A DNA stretch of 64,000 bases from positions 64,001 through 128,000 of the forward strand of contig CAXXVK010000060.1 in NCBI GenBank assembly GCA_963676915.2. Direction: 5' to 3'. Source of the stretch: Myxococcota bacterium. Lineage in GTDB: Bacteria > Myxococcota_A > SURF-8 > G963663525. A program made the translations under genes and the position numbers. The notes under the pieces were generated by a model. It was not told the origin of the DNA. It saw nothing but the letters and a program-made list of their open reading frames with translations, and made no database searches. Positions within the stretch are counted from its first letter, which is position 1. Every line of letters begins with the position of its first letter. Of the stretch, positions 30,738 to 40,106 are shown in pieces.

Positions 30738-31265
30738 ATGATCGATTTGCAGCGACCTAGTACAAAATTTGTACAGTCCTACCTGGATTCTATTGCCGAG
30801 ATGCACACCCTTGGGGAAACTATTTGGGAGGGATGGGTGCCACAAGCAGGGGAATCGCCTTTGGATTTCGTGCAGCGTCTTTTGCAGGGCGAACATAACC
30901 CTCATCACGGCCTGGTTTCGTCGTCGGTCTACTGGGCTGTGAGCAATGGAAATGTCGTCGGACGAATCGATTTGCGCCACCATTTGAACGAGAGTTTGGA
31001 AGAGTTTGGGGGACATATCGGTTACGAGGTCCGTCCCTCGTTCCGGCGAAAAGGGATCGGGAAGGAAATGCTTCATCAACTCCTCAAACTACCCCGAGCT
31101 AAAACTATCGGTCGTTTACTCCTGACTTGCTCGCCTGATAATATTGCGTCGAATAAAACCATCATTGCCAATGGTGGAGTGCTTGATCGAACGGCCTTCG
31201 TGGAAAAGTGGCAGCGTTGGACGAATTACTACTGGATCGAATTATGTGAAACACAAGACTTTTAA
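30738..31265 (+). CDS. GNAT-family acetyltransferase
   Basis: VGRIDLRHHLN, GGHIGYEVRPSFRRKGIG and NIASNKTI. Confidence 0.88.
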   Translation: MIDLQRPSTKFVQSYLDSIAEMHTLGETIWEGWVPQAGESPLDFVQRLLQGEHNPHHGLVSSSVYWAVSNGNVVGRIDLRHHLNESLEEFGGHIGYEVRPSFRRKGIGKEMLHQLLKLPRAKTIGRLLLTCSPDNIASNKTIIANGGVLDRTAFVEKWQRWTNYYWIELCETQDF

Positions 31266-31380
31266 AGAAATATTCGAAAATGTCTACGATCCTCTTCCAG
31301 AAAGATATTGAGGTTTTGCAATTGGCTTGCATCTTTTGATATATTTCTTGGGAGATTGTCCCTTTGAAGGAGCATAACCT

Positions 31381-32223
31381 ATGGATTTGGATGGAAAAAT
31401 CGCGATTGTTACCGGAGCTTCCAGCGGTTTCGGTCGCCTGATCGCTTTAAAACTCGGTGCCCGTGGCGTGCATGTGGTGCTGATTGCCCGGCGAGAAGAA
31501 AAACTGCACGAGGTTGAGCAGGAAATAAAAAACTCCGGTGGAGACGCCGAGGTTTATCCTTTGGATGTGGGCGATAGCGAGGCCGTGGAATCGGCCTGCA
31601 ACGTGTTGCTGGAACGGCACGATTGCATCGATATTCTGGTCAACAACGCCGGATACGGATTGTATATGGCCACCGAAAAGTGCTCGGTCACCGAAGCGCG
31701 GCGTATGATGGATGTCAATTATTTCGGGCCGATCACCTTCATCAAGACGCTGTTGCCGCATTTGTACCGACGAGGATCGGGGCATATCGTCAACGTGGCG
31801 TCGTCGATCGCTCAGGGACCATTACCGTCGATGACCGACTACACAGCTTCCAAATGTGCCCTGGCCGGATTCACCGACGCCCTTTGGGGTGAAGCGCGAC
31901 GATACGGGGTTCGGGTGAGTCTCGTCAACCCCGGGCCGTCGAAGACGGGATTTTTCGACAACGAGGGCTTCGACGAAATACCCGACTTCGGACCGCTCAT
32001 GACACCACCGGAGGAGATCGCCGACAAGGTGCTGCGATTGCTCGAAACCGGGGGCTTTTCGGCCACCGTTCCATGGTTCATGGCAATTCTCTTGTGGTTC
32101 CGGGCGCTTGTACCGTCCCTTGGCCGACTCACGACCATGTGGATGGCTCCACCGAAAGATCCGAAGTACCTGGAAGCTCCAAGTTCCGAGAAAGACTCGG
32201 AATCTTTTGAAAAGAAAGCATGA
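31381..32223 (+). CDS. Short-chain dehydrogenase/reductase
   Basis: TGASSGFG, NNAG and YTASK. Confidence 0.92.
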   Translation: MDLDGKIAIVTGASSGFGRLIALKLGARGVHVVLIARREEKLHEVEQEIKNSGGDAEVYPLDVGDSEAVESACNVLLERHDCIDILVNNAGYGLYMATEKCSVTEARRMMDVNYFGPITFIKTLLPHLYRRGSGHIVNVASSIAQGPLPSMTDYTASKCALAGFTDALWGEARRYGVRVSLVNPGPSKTGFFDNEGFDEIPDFGPLMTPPEEIADKVLRLLETGGFSATVPWFMAILLWFRALVPSLGRLTTMWMAPPKDPKYLEAPSSEKDSESFEKKA

Positions 32224-32243
32224 AACTTGTAAATAAAAATTTA

Positions 32244-32272
32244 TTGACGCTATCAAGACCCTATGCTAGATC
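32244..32272 (+). promoter_or_regulatory. Sigma70-type promoter of the atp F0 operon
   Basis: TTGACG, 17 bp spacer, TAGATC with an upstream TGn extended -10 element. Confidence 0.5.
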
Positions 32273-32305
32273 ATAGCTTCATGTGGTCTGGTTGAATAGG
32301 ACCAA

Positions 32306-32524
32306 ATGGATCGAAACGATTCACGAGCTTGGCGAAAAGCTTTGATGTACACCGTCCTCGGATTTGAAGTGTCCGGTGCGGTCGTGGGTTCCGCTGCAAT
32401 TGGCTATCTACTTGATAACTGGTTGGATTCGGCTCCCATCGGAATTCTGATCATGCTTTTGCTCGGCAGTGTCGGGGCCATGATTCGACTTGTCAGTTTA
32501 GCCCGGACACTGCAGAAAAAATAG
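32306..32524 (+). CDS. atpZ: AtpZ/AtpI-family protein
   Basis: Two TM helices, IGYLLDNWLDSAP; first gene of the F0 operon. Confidence 0.8.
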   Translation: MDRNDSRAWRKALMYTVLGFEVSGAVVGSAAIGYLLDNWLDSAPIGILIMLLLGSVGAMIRLVSLARTLQKK

Positions 32525-32525
32525 C

Positions 32526-32939
32526 ATGATGAACTTTCCTCAAGCCCGTCTCAAGCGTATCCTCTCAGCCAGCCTGATTCTTGCCGGAGTTCTGACCATC
32601 GCGGCTTTTGCGTTGCCTTCGATGTTCGAAATTTCGGTGGCCGACGGTTTCGCTTTTGGCGTCGCCGCCGGTGGAGCGATTGGCAGTTTCAATTATTTCC
32701 TGCTGGTTCGTTTCGGTCGGCAAATCTTTCAGGTCCGACCCGAGCCTTGGAAAATCGCCGGACGTTTCGTGTTGCGTTACGGTCTTTTGGGCTTGCTGAT
32801 TGTACTGTTCGTGTTCGTGGTGAAGGTTGACATTATCGGACTTGCATTGGGAATATCCAACATTCCGGCGGCGATTGCCTTAGAAGCGCTCTATCCGCCC
32901 GGACAGCCCGATGAATGTGACGAAAATGGTATGGAGTGA
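32526..32939 (+). CDS. atpI: ATP synthase protein I
   Basis: Four TM helices, RFVLRY; directly upstream of atpB. Confidence 0.75.
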   Translation: MMNFPQARLKRILSASLILAGVLTIAAFALPSMFEISVADGFAFGVAAGGAIGSFNYFLLVRFGRQIFQVRPEPWKIAGRFVLRYGLLGLLIVLFVFVVKVDIIGLALGISNIPAAIALEALYPPGQPDECDENGME

Positions 32940-32942
32940 CGG

Positions 32943-33677
32943 ATGAGCCATTTCAGTTGGTATGAGCTGTTTCCGGGCTATAGCCACCTTGTAGACATGT
33001 TGAAAGAAGCGGGTATCCTGGGGGAACACCAGGGGCTTACCCACTGCATTTCGTTGACGTTGGTGGTTCTTTTCCTCTTCATTCTCGGCCTGATCGTCAA
33101 AGGACGCTACGGCAAGGGCGATCATACCGTTCCTACCGGCAAAGCGGGCTTGACGGACATCATGGAAGTGTCCGTGGAAAAACTGCGCAATCTGGTGCGC
33201 GGTTTGATCCCTCACGGCGGCGATCATTACTTCCCGCTGCTGGGCGGCATCTTCATTTTCGTATTTTTGAACAACGTGCTGGGACTGTTCCCCGGCGCTC
33301 CGCCCGCAACCACGACCATCGCCACCAACCTGGCCCTCGGTCTGACGGTTTTCGTTTATTACAACTATCGCGGATTCATCACCCATGGCTTCGGCGGATA
33401 CATGAAACATTTCGCCGGTCCGGTTTGGTGGCTCGCCCCGTTGATGTTCGTCATCGAAATCATCGGCCACAGCGTGCGGCCTATCAGCCTCAGCCTTCGT
33501 CTTGGCGGTAACATGACGGGCGACCACATGGTGCTCGGCATCTTCACCGACCTGACCTACGTGATCATTCCTGTGATCTTTTACTTCCTCGGTCTGTTCG
33601 TCTGCTTTGTGCAGGCATTTGTGTTTACGTTACTTTCGGGTGTCTATATCGCAATGGCCACAAGTCACGATCATTAG
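32943..33677 (+). CDS. atpB: F0F1 ATP synthase subunit a
   Basis: NNVLGLFPG, RPISLSLRLGGNMTGDH and VQAFVFTLLS. Confidence 0.95.
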   Translation: MSHFSWYELFPGYSHLVDMLKEAGILGEHQGLTHCISLTLVVLFLFILGLIVKGRYGKGDHTVPTGKAGLTDIMEVSVEKLRNLVRGLIPHGGDHYFPLLGGIFIFVFLNNVLGLFPGAPPATTTIATNLALGLTVFVYYNYRGFITHGFGGYMKHFAGPVWWLAPLMFVIEIIGHSVRPISLSLRLGGNMTGDHMVLGIFTDLTYVIIPVIFYFLGLFVCFVQAFVFTLLSGVYIAMATSHDH

Positions 33678-33739
33678 GAACTAGTCCGGAATATTGCTCC
33701 TGGCTAATGCTGCGATCCTGATGAAAGGAGAAACAAAGG

Positions 33740-34051
33740 ATGAAGAAAAGTCGCTTGTACTCACTGTTGACCGGTATGGTAGTCTTCCTGTTCGCCATTC
33801 CCGCTTTTGCCGCCGAAGGCGCGGTGGACACGGGATGGGTCGGTCTCGCCGCCGGTCTTGGAATCGGCCTCGCCGCTTTCGGTGGAGCCTTGGGTCAGGG
33901 CCGTGCTGCCGCGGCCGCGCTTGAAGGAATCGCCCGCAATCCCGGCGCCTCCGACAAGCTGTTCACCCCGATGATCATCGGTCTCGCCCTGATCGAGTCC
34001 TTGGTCATTTACGCCTTCGTTATCGCGATCATTCTTGCATTCAAATTCTAG
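33740..34051 (+). CDS. atpE: F0F1 ATP synthase subunit c with signal-peptide-like N-terminal extension
   Basis: GLGIGLAAFGGALGQG, ARNP and LALIESLVIY; RBS AAAGGA. Confidence 0.95.
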   Translation: MKKSRLYSLLTGMVVFLFAIPAFAAEGAVDTGWVGLAAGLGIGLAAFGGALGQGRAAAAALEGIARNPGASDKLFTPMIIGLALIESLVIYAFVIAIILAFKF

Positions 34052-34080
34052 GGCCAACGACTGCAAATGATCTCAAAGGT

Positions 34081-34112
34081 AGGGCGGTTCCTTCGGGAAC
34101 CGCTCTTTTTTT
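34081..34112 (+). terminator. Rho-independent terminator after atpE
   Basis: AGGGCGGTTCC-TTCG-GGAACCGCTCTTTTTTT. Confidence 0.85.
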
Positions 34113-34180
34113 GTGCGTTTTTTAGATGGTCGGTTGATTTCATACCATTTCGCTATCACATATCGAAAACATCTCGTGTA

Positions 34181-34223
34181 GACAATGCCAAAAGGTGTCG
34201 GGCAAGAAATTTGCCCGACCTAC
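34181..34223. repeat. Truncated REP family A doublet
   Basis: Spacer GACAATGCCAAAAGGTGTC running into GTCGGGCAAGAAATTTGCCCGACCTAC. Confidence 0.75.
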
Positions 34224-34448
34224 GGTATGTTCCGCTTTCACGAATATATCAGAAGCTTGATTATTGAAGGCGAAATGGTATCCCCCGGCAAATCACTGTA
34301 AAAACCTTTCCTTTTCCAGACGGTTGCGATTGTCGTTTTCAACCCCATGGTATACAACATCCGGGGGAGGTTGAACCGTTGGTTCGGCACCTTGAACCTG
34401 TTGTGTTGGCAGTTTGTTCGAAAAACGAAAATGATAAGGAAAACCGGT

Positions 34449-35228
34449 ATGTTGATCGATAGTCACGCCCATCTTTACATGAGATTCGATCACGATCTTC
34501 CCGAAGTGGTTCAGCGTTGCCGCGAAGAAAACCTGCGGGCGATTGTCGTTATTGGAGCGGGTGAGAAAATCCAATCCAACCTCGATGCTCTGCGGCTTGC
34601 CGAAGAATACGATTTCATCCGGGCCACGGTGGCGGTACATCCCCATGACGCTGCCTTGTGCAACGAGGAGGTCTACGATCAATGCGCTTCCTGGGCGGAA
34701 AAACACCCTGAGGTTGTCGCAATCGGCGAAACCGGTTTGGATTTCCACTACAATCTCTCGCCTCCCGACGACCAGCGTAAAGCGTTTCGGCGCTTTATCG
34801 GCATGGCTCGGGATCTTCACCTGCCTCTCGTGATTCACGACCGCGAAGCCCACGAAGAATGCCTGACGATCCTGAAGGAAGAACACGCCGAGGAAGTAGG
34901 CGGTATCGTGCATTGTTTTTCGGGGGATGTCCGTTTTGCCCGGCAGGTGATCGACCTGGGGTTTTCAATTGGTATGGGTGGCGTTGTAACGTTTAAAAAT
35001 GCCAAGGATTTACAAGAGGTTGCAAAAGAAATCGACCTCGAACAGATGGTTCTCGAAACCGACTGCCCGTTTCTTGCGCCAGTGCCGCACAGAGGAAAGC
35101 GCAACGAGCCGTGGATGATTCGCTATGTGGCGGCGAAAATCGCCCAGTTGAGGGATTGTCCGTTGGAAGAGGTTATTGAAGCGACGGGTGCCAACAGCAA
35201 CCGCATTTATCGCTTAGGGTTGCAATAG
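34449..35228 (+). CDS. tatD: TatD-family nuclease
   Basis: IDSHAH, VHPH, AIGETGLDF, IHDREA, HCFSG, ETDCPFLAP and RGKRNEP; probable start ATG 34449. Confidence 0.93.
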   Translation: MLIDSHAHLYMRFDHDLPEVVQRCREENLRAIVVIGAGEKIQSNLDALRLAEEYDFIRATVAVHPHDAALCNEEVYDQCASWAEKHPEVVAIGETGLDFHYNLSPPDDQRKAFRRFIGMARDLHLPLVIHDREAHEECLTILKEEHAEEVGGIVHCFSGDVRFARQVIDLGFSIGMGGVVTFKNAKDLQEVAKEIDLEQMVLETDCPFLAPVPHRGKRNEPWMIRYVAAKIAQLRDCPLEEVIEATGANSNRIYRLGLQ

Positions 35229-38200
35229 CTTTTCATTTTTCTTCCAGCCGTTATCCACGGGAATGTCCAGATAGAACCTTGTACCGCCTTCCGGGAGGTT
35301 CTCGAACCAGAGTTTTCCATGGTGGTCTTTGGCAATACCGTGACTGATCGACAGTCCAAGCCCCGTACCTCTGTCTCTTGGTTTGGTGGTGAAAAATGGA
35401 TTGAAAATGCGTTCTTTGACTTCGTCGGGAATACCGCGTCCGTTGTCACGAATCGAAATTCGTTGCCACCGACGATTGTCCTTTTTGAAACTCGCCAAGG
35501 AAATCTCGATGGTCTTGTTTTCGTGACCTTCGGGATAGGCTTCGTCCAGTTCATCTTTGGCGTTGTTCAGCACGTTCATTAAAATCTGCATCAGTTGCTG
35601 GGATCGGCATTTGATTTTAGGTAGATCGTCTTCGAGATTCATCACGACATCGATATCCGATTTTTTCAACATTTTTCCGATCAGCGACATGGTGCTGTTG
35701 AGGACGTCCTTAAGGTACGCGGGGCTGTGGGTTTCTTTTTCCTGACGCGAAAAAGCGAGTAAATCCTTTACGATACGTGCGACACGCTCTCCCTCCTCGA
35801 CGATCATCGTGGCATCGCTTTGAATTTGGGATTCTTGCTCCGCATCATCCAAGATCAACCGGGCATAGTTGATGATGATACCGATCGGATTGTTGATTTC
35901 GTGGGCCACACCTCCGGCAAGCGTGCCGATGGCTTCCATTTTCTGCGATTGAAGCAGTTGCCGTTCGAGTTTTTGCCGCTCTTCCTGCATCTGTTTTTGT
36001 TTCGTTATGTCTCGCACGACCATAAGCAGCGTACTTTGTCCCGAGATTGTAATCCGCTTGATGGAAAACAATCCGGTTAGTGTCTCACCGTTTTTCCTAC
36101 GAAAACGAGCTTCGTGCAGTAGCACTTCATTGTGTTTTGCTAGCTCATTCATCATTTCGTGGCGTGCTTCGGGATCGACCCAAAGATTGAGTTCCAAGCC
36201 TGTTTTTCCAATAGCCTCTTCTCTCGACCATCCGGAAAGTTCCTCGAAACCCATATTGACATCGATCAGTGCACCGTCTTTTACGGTGGAAATGATGATG
36301 ACATCGGGCGACAGGGCGAAGGTCTTCGAAAATTTCTCCTCGGAGAAGCGCAGTTTCTCTTCGGCAATTTTACGGTCGGTGATGTCCCGTGCAACCCAAA
36401 TGACTTGATCGTTGGAAATCGGTGAAATTACTGCCGAAAACCATGTTGGTTGCTGGTTGATATCCAGGTTGTAATCGAAAGAAACGGTTTTCTTGCCATC
36501 AAGAGATTCCAGAATCTTCCCGAGAAATTCCTCGGTGATTTCTTGGGTAAAAATGTCCTTTAAACGCTTGTTCAGCAAATCGTTCGGTGGGAGATACAAC
36601 AGATCCGTGTTCGTCGGAGCAACCTCGTTGACAATTCCTTTTCTATCGAGAATCAGAATCACGTCTCTCATAGCCGAGAAGATGGAACGAAGTTTTTTCT
36701 CCGACGTTTTCAAGGCTTCTTCGGTACGTTTTCTTTCTGTGACATCCATCGCGAATTCGAGGCGGACGTTCCGACCGTCCGGCCAACGAATGATCTGGTC
36801 CACGACAGCGACATCCGTATCGGTTCGTGGATTATGGTAGTCCCATCTGTGAGGCTGGCCACCATTGGCTAAAATGATCGGATTCGTGCAAAAATCGCAG
36901 GGCTTGTCCTTCCCCTGAAGCACTTTGTAACAAAGTTTTCCTTTCGGATTGTAACCGATCATCTCCCGCAACCGGCGATTGGCGAAAATCATTTCGTAGG
37001 TTTCAGGGTCGGACACGTAGATGATTTCGTCGAAACTATCGAAAATGGATAACAATTGCCGACGTTCGAAATCGATGGTCCGCTCGATGGTTCTTCTCTC
37101 CGTAATGTCACGGGTAAACCAGACTCGACCTGCTTTATGTTCGTCCATCATCATTGGAGCTGAATATATTTCGTAAATCCGACCATCTTTGAACGTAAGC
37201 TCGAATTTGTTTTGGAGTTGACTTGAGTACAATGTTTCGAGTTGTGAAAGGAAAAACGTTGGATCTTCCAATTGGTCCAGAACGACTTGCCGTAACTTCG
37301 GTTCGTCCTTGCTATGTTGCATCTCGGCGGGAATACGCCACAATTTATAAAACAATGGATTCGCCTGAAGGATTTGCATTTCCTTGTCAACGGCAAGAAT
37401 ACCGTCATTTGTTGTATTGAACGTGGCCCGAAGCAGTTCCATGTTTTCTTTGAGAGCCGCTTCTTTTTCGTTGCGCTCGGTCACATCGAAACAACTAACC
37501 AGCAAGTCGTCACCCATCACGTTCGCTTCGAAGATGACGTATCGTTGTTTGCCATCTTTGCAGGTAACACAGTACTCTTGCGGTTTTACAGGCGTATTGT
37601 CGTTGGCCGCCCGCTCTATATCAGCCGACCAGCTTGAAATCACGGTGTCTCGATACTCGGGATCAGGGTAGGCAAGATCCCACCAGGTACCATGGTCCGG
37701 GATGTCTTCGATCGAATAGCCGAAAAGCTTCGTGAACGTTTTGTTGAATTCAAGATTCTGACCGTCTCTTCTCGAACTTGCCAACGGAATCGGGGAGTTA
37801 TGGAACAAGGAGCGGAAGCGGGCTTCACTTTCCTGAAGGTTTTTCTCAGTCTTTTTCAATTCCGAAATATCGATGGCCATGGAAAGGGCCTGCTTTTTTC
37901 CTTCGAGTTCCAGCAAAACCGTGGAAAACAGCAAATGCTTCTCGCTCCCATCAAGGACTCGAACTTTGGTTTCGATCTCTTTGATATGGCCGACACGATT
38001 CAATTCCTCAATGATTTTCTCGATTTTGTGCCGTGGGGTGAGTGAGAAATCAACAGGTGAATAGGTACTTAGCTTTTCTCGTTCAATACCATATTTTTCC
38101 AAAAAAGCGTTGTTGGCATCGAGATACTGGCCGGTTTCCATATCGGTAATGGAGATCGCATGGGGAGCGTAATCGAATATCGCACGGAATTTCTTTTCGC

Positions 38201-39707
38201 TTTGAATCAAGTTGACCTGGGTTTCTTTGAACTCCTGTACGTTGATGTCCAGACCGATCACTCGTGTCGGCTGACCGTTTTCATCCCATTCCACGGTTTT
38301 TCCAGTGGACAGTACCCAGAAAGACGATCCATCCTGCCGAAGAATGCGGAATTCCACGGTGGCTTGGTTTGACCCCTGCGCTATGCGATAGTTTTGCAGG
38401 GTTTGTTCCACGGCTGCCAGGTCTTTGGGATGGATGTACTGCTTGTAATCGTCCAGGGAAATGTCCCTGCCTTTCATGGGATGATCCGCCATGGTGAACC
38501 ACTGCCGGTTCAAATACATTTTCGATTCCTGCGGGTGGTAATCCCAGATACCGGCTTGTGTTGCTTCCGTTGCGAATTGTAACAATTCGGCCTGTTCGGT
38601 CACTTTCCGGCGGGCTTTTTCGAGCGTTACGATTTTTTCATTCAGTCGACGTTTCAGTAGATAACTGATCAACGCCAGCGATAAAATCATCAGCACGAAG
38701 AACACAGCGACGAGATCGAGAATCATCAGGGTTTTGGGCGACAATTTGTGTTCGAGACTGAGAGTAATCCACTGTTTTCGGATGTCTTCAAGAACTTTCG
38801 GTGAAGTTTTATTTAAAGTTTTCCTAAAAATATCAAATAGTTTTGGGTGCTTTTGGCTGATACCGATGCTAAAGGGAAAGGTATAATCCGTATTGCCTGC
38901 AACGTTTAAGTTGGGGATACCTTCCTTTTCGATGTAGTACGCCGCTACGGCGAGATTACCCAAGAAAGCATCCACCTGACCAAAGGAAACCGCACGTAGC
39001 CCTCGAATGACATCGGGCATGGGAATAATTTCGTACCCTATCCGGTCATGTTTCTTTAAATAGGTTTCGGAGGCGAAACCGGAAACGACGGCTACCCGTT
39101 TTCCTTTGAAATCCTCCAGGGTTTGATCGTGTCGATGATGCTCCGATGTAATCAGCACCACTGGAACGACGGCGTAGGGGTTCGTAAAAGATATGTAGGA
39201 TTCTCTTTCTTCGGTACGAACGATGGTCGGCGAGATGGCACATTCCCCACTTTTCAAGGCGGCAAGTTGTTCGTTCCAGTCCGCGACCATTTTTCGGGGG
39301 AAACGCACCCCGACTTTTTGTTCCAGATATGCTACAAGATCCGCACCCATTCCGATGAATTCCCCCGTATTATCCGCAAATTCCAGCGGCGGGAAATCCG
39401 GATTGAAACAAAGTGTGAGATTCGAAGCCTGTTCCTGCAGCCAGCTTCGTTCCTCTTCGGTCAGAATCGAGGTTTCGGATTCTTCTGCCTGTAGATTGGA
39501 AACCGGAGCCAGAAAAAGCCAAAGGAAAAGCAACGTCAAGAACATGCGGGAAAGCTTTATGAGGCAAACAGAAGGTAATGATTTCTCATGAAAAATTCGT
39601 TTCGTGGCGTTGAACTGCATTGTTTGTGTCGTATCCATGATGTAGTGATCCATTCCAACGTTTTTGAACCCGATCGATGGCTTGTTTTTTCTCAACAGAA
39701 ATACCAT
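35214..39707 (-). CDS. Sensor histidine kinase: periplasmic solute-binding domain, TM helix, about 7 PAS domains, HisKA and HATPase
   Basis: DFPPLEF, RTEERE (SBP_bac_3), repeated DIT.RK PAC ends, GVAHEINNP, DNGRGI, FFTTK and GTGLGL; the true start may be 39545. Confidence 0.92.
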   Translation of the reverse strand: MVFLLRKNKPSIGFKNVGMDHYIMDTTQTMQFNATKRIFHEKSLPSVCLIKLSRMFLTLLFLWLFLAPVSNLQAEESETSILTEEERSWLQEQASNLTLCFNPDFPPLEFADNTGEFIGMGADLVAYLEQKVGVRFPRKMVADWNEQLAALKSGECAISPTIVRTEERESYISFTNPYAVVPVVLITSEHHRHDQTLEDFKGKRVAVVSGFASETYLKKHDRIGYEIIPMPDVIRGLRAVSFGQVDAFLGNLAVAAYYIEKEGIPNLNVAGNTDYTFPFSIGISQKHPKLFDIFRKTLNKTSPKVLEDIRKQWITLSLEHKLSPKTLMILDLVAVFFVLMILSLALISYLLKRRLNEKIVTLEKARRKVTEQAELLQFATEATQAGIWDYHPQESKMYLNRQWFTMADHPMKGRDISLDDYKQYIHPKDLAAVEQTLQNYRIAQGSNQATVEFRILRQDGSSFWVLSTGKTVEWDENGQPTRVIGLDINVQEFKETQVNLIQSEKKFRAIFDYAPHAISITDMETGQYLDANNAFLEKYGIEREKLSTYSPVDFSLTPRHKIEKIIEELNRVGHIKEIETKVRVLDGSEKHLLFSTVLLELEGKKQALSMAIDISELKKTEKNLQESEARFRSLFHNSPIPLASSRRDGQNLEFNKTFTKLFGYSIEDIPDHGTWWDLAYPDPEYRDTVISSWSADIERAANDNTPVKPQEYCVTCKDGKQRYVIFEANVMGDDLLVSCFDVTERNEKEAALKENMELLRATFNTTNDGILAVDKEMQILQANPLFYKLWRIPAEMQHSKDEPKLRQVVLDQLEDPTFFLSQLETLYSSQLQNKFELTFKDGRIYEIYSAPMMMDEHKAGRVWFTRDITERRTIERTIDFERRQLLSIFDSFDEIIYVSDPETYEMIFANRRLREMIGYNPKGKLCYKVLQGKDKPCDFCTNPIILANGGQPHRWDYHNPRTDTDVAVVDQIIRWPDGRNVRLEFAMDVTERKRTEEALKTSEKKLRSIFSAMRDVILILDRKGIVNEVAPTNTDLLYLPPNDLLNKRLKDIFTQEITEEFLGKILESLDGKKTVSFDYNLDINQQPTWFSAVISPISNDQVIWVARDITDRKIAEEKLRFSEEKFSKTFALSPDVIIISTVKDGALIDVNMGFEELSGWSREEAIGKTGLELNLWVDPEARHEMMNELAKHNEVLLHEARFRRKNGETLTGLFSIKRITISGQSTLLMVVRDITKQKQMQEERQKLERQLLQSQKMEAIGTLAGGVAHEINNPIGIIINYARLILDDAEQESQIQSDATMIVEEGERVARIVKDLLAFSRQEKETHSPAYLKDVLNSTMSLIGKMLKKSDIDVVMNLEDDLPKIKCRSQQLMQILMNVLNNAKDELDEAYPEGHENKTIEISLASFKKDNRRWQRISIRDNGRGIPDEVKERIFNPFFTTKPRDRGTGLGLSISHGIAKDHHGKLWFENLPEGGTRFYLDIPVDNGWKKNEKLLQP

Positions 39708-40053
39708 CCACGGTAAACAGGACGAATTCCCGTGTGTTTGCCCCTCGTATTCTCTTTTTCCCGTATACCTTTGAAACCATCATCGGTTTCGCAAAAAAGC
39801 GCTCCGCACCCACTCTTTTAATCGGTCGGATTTATCAAAAGGTTAGAATTCTCAAGAAATGCATAGAAGACATGACTCAACTATGGGAGATCTGTAACAG
39901 GAAATCTGTGAAAGATCTGTTGTTTCGAAAAATTCCCCCCTTCGTTGTGGTGTTACCCCGTTTACTTTCGAGGTTTTCGTGTCAACGTCCATACCTAAAA
40001 TAAATCCTAACCTCTACATTTTAGTATATAGTATAGAAATGTATTACTTCCAT

Positions 40054-40084
40054 AAAAAAACCGGAAAACGTTCGTTTCCCGGTT
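40054..40084 (-). terminator. Terminator of the phosphatase operon
   Basis: On the minus strand AACCGGGAAACG-AA-CGTTTTCCGGTTTTTTT. Confidence 0.6.
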
Positions 40085-40106
40085 GTATCTCTAAGCATAA
40101 AAGATG

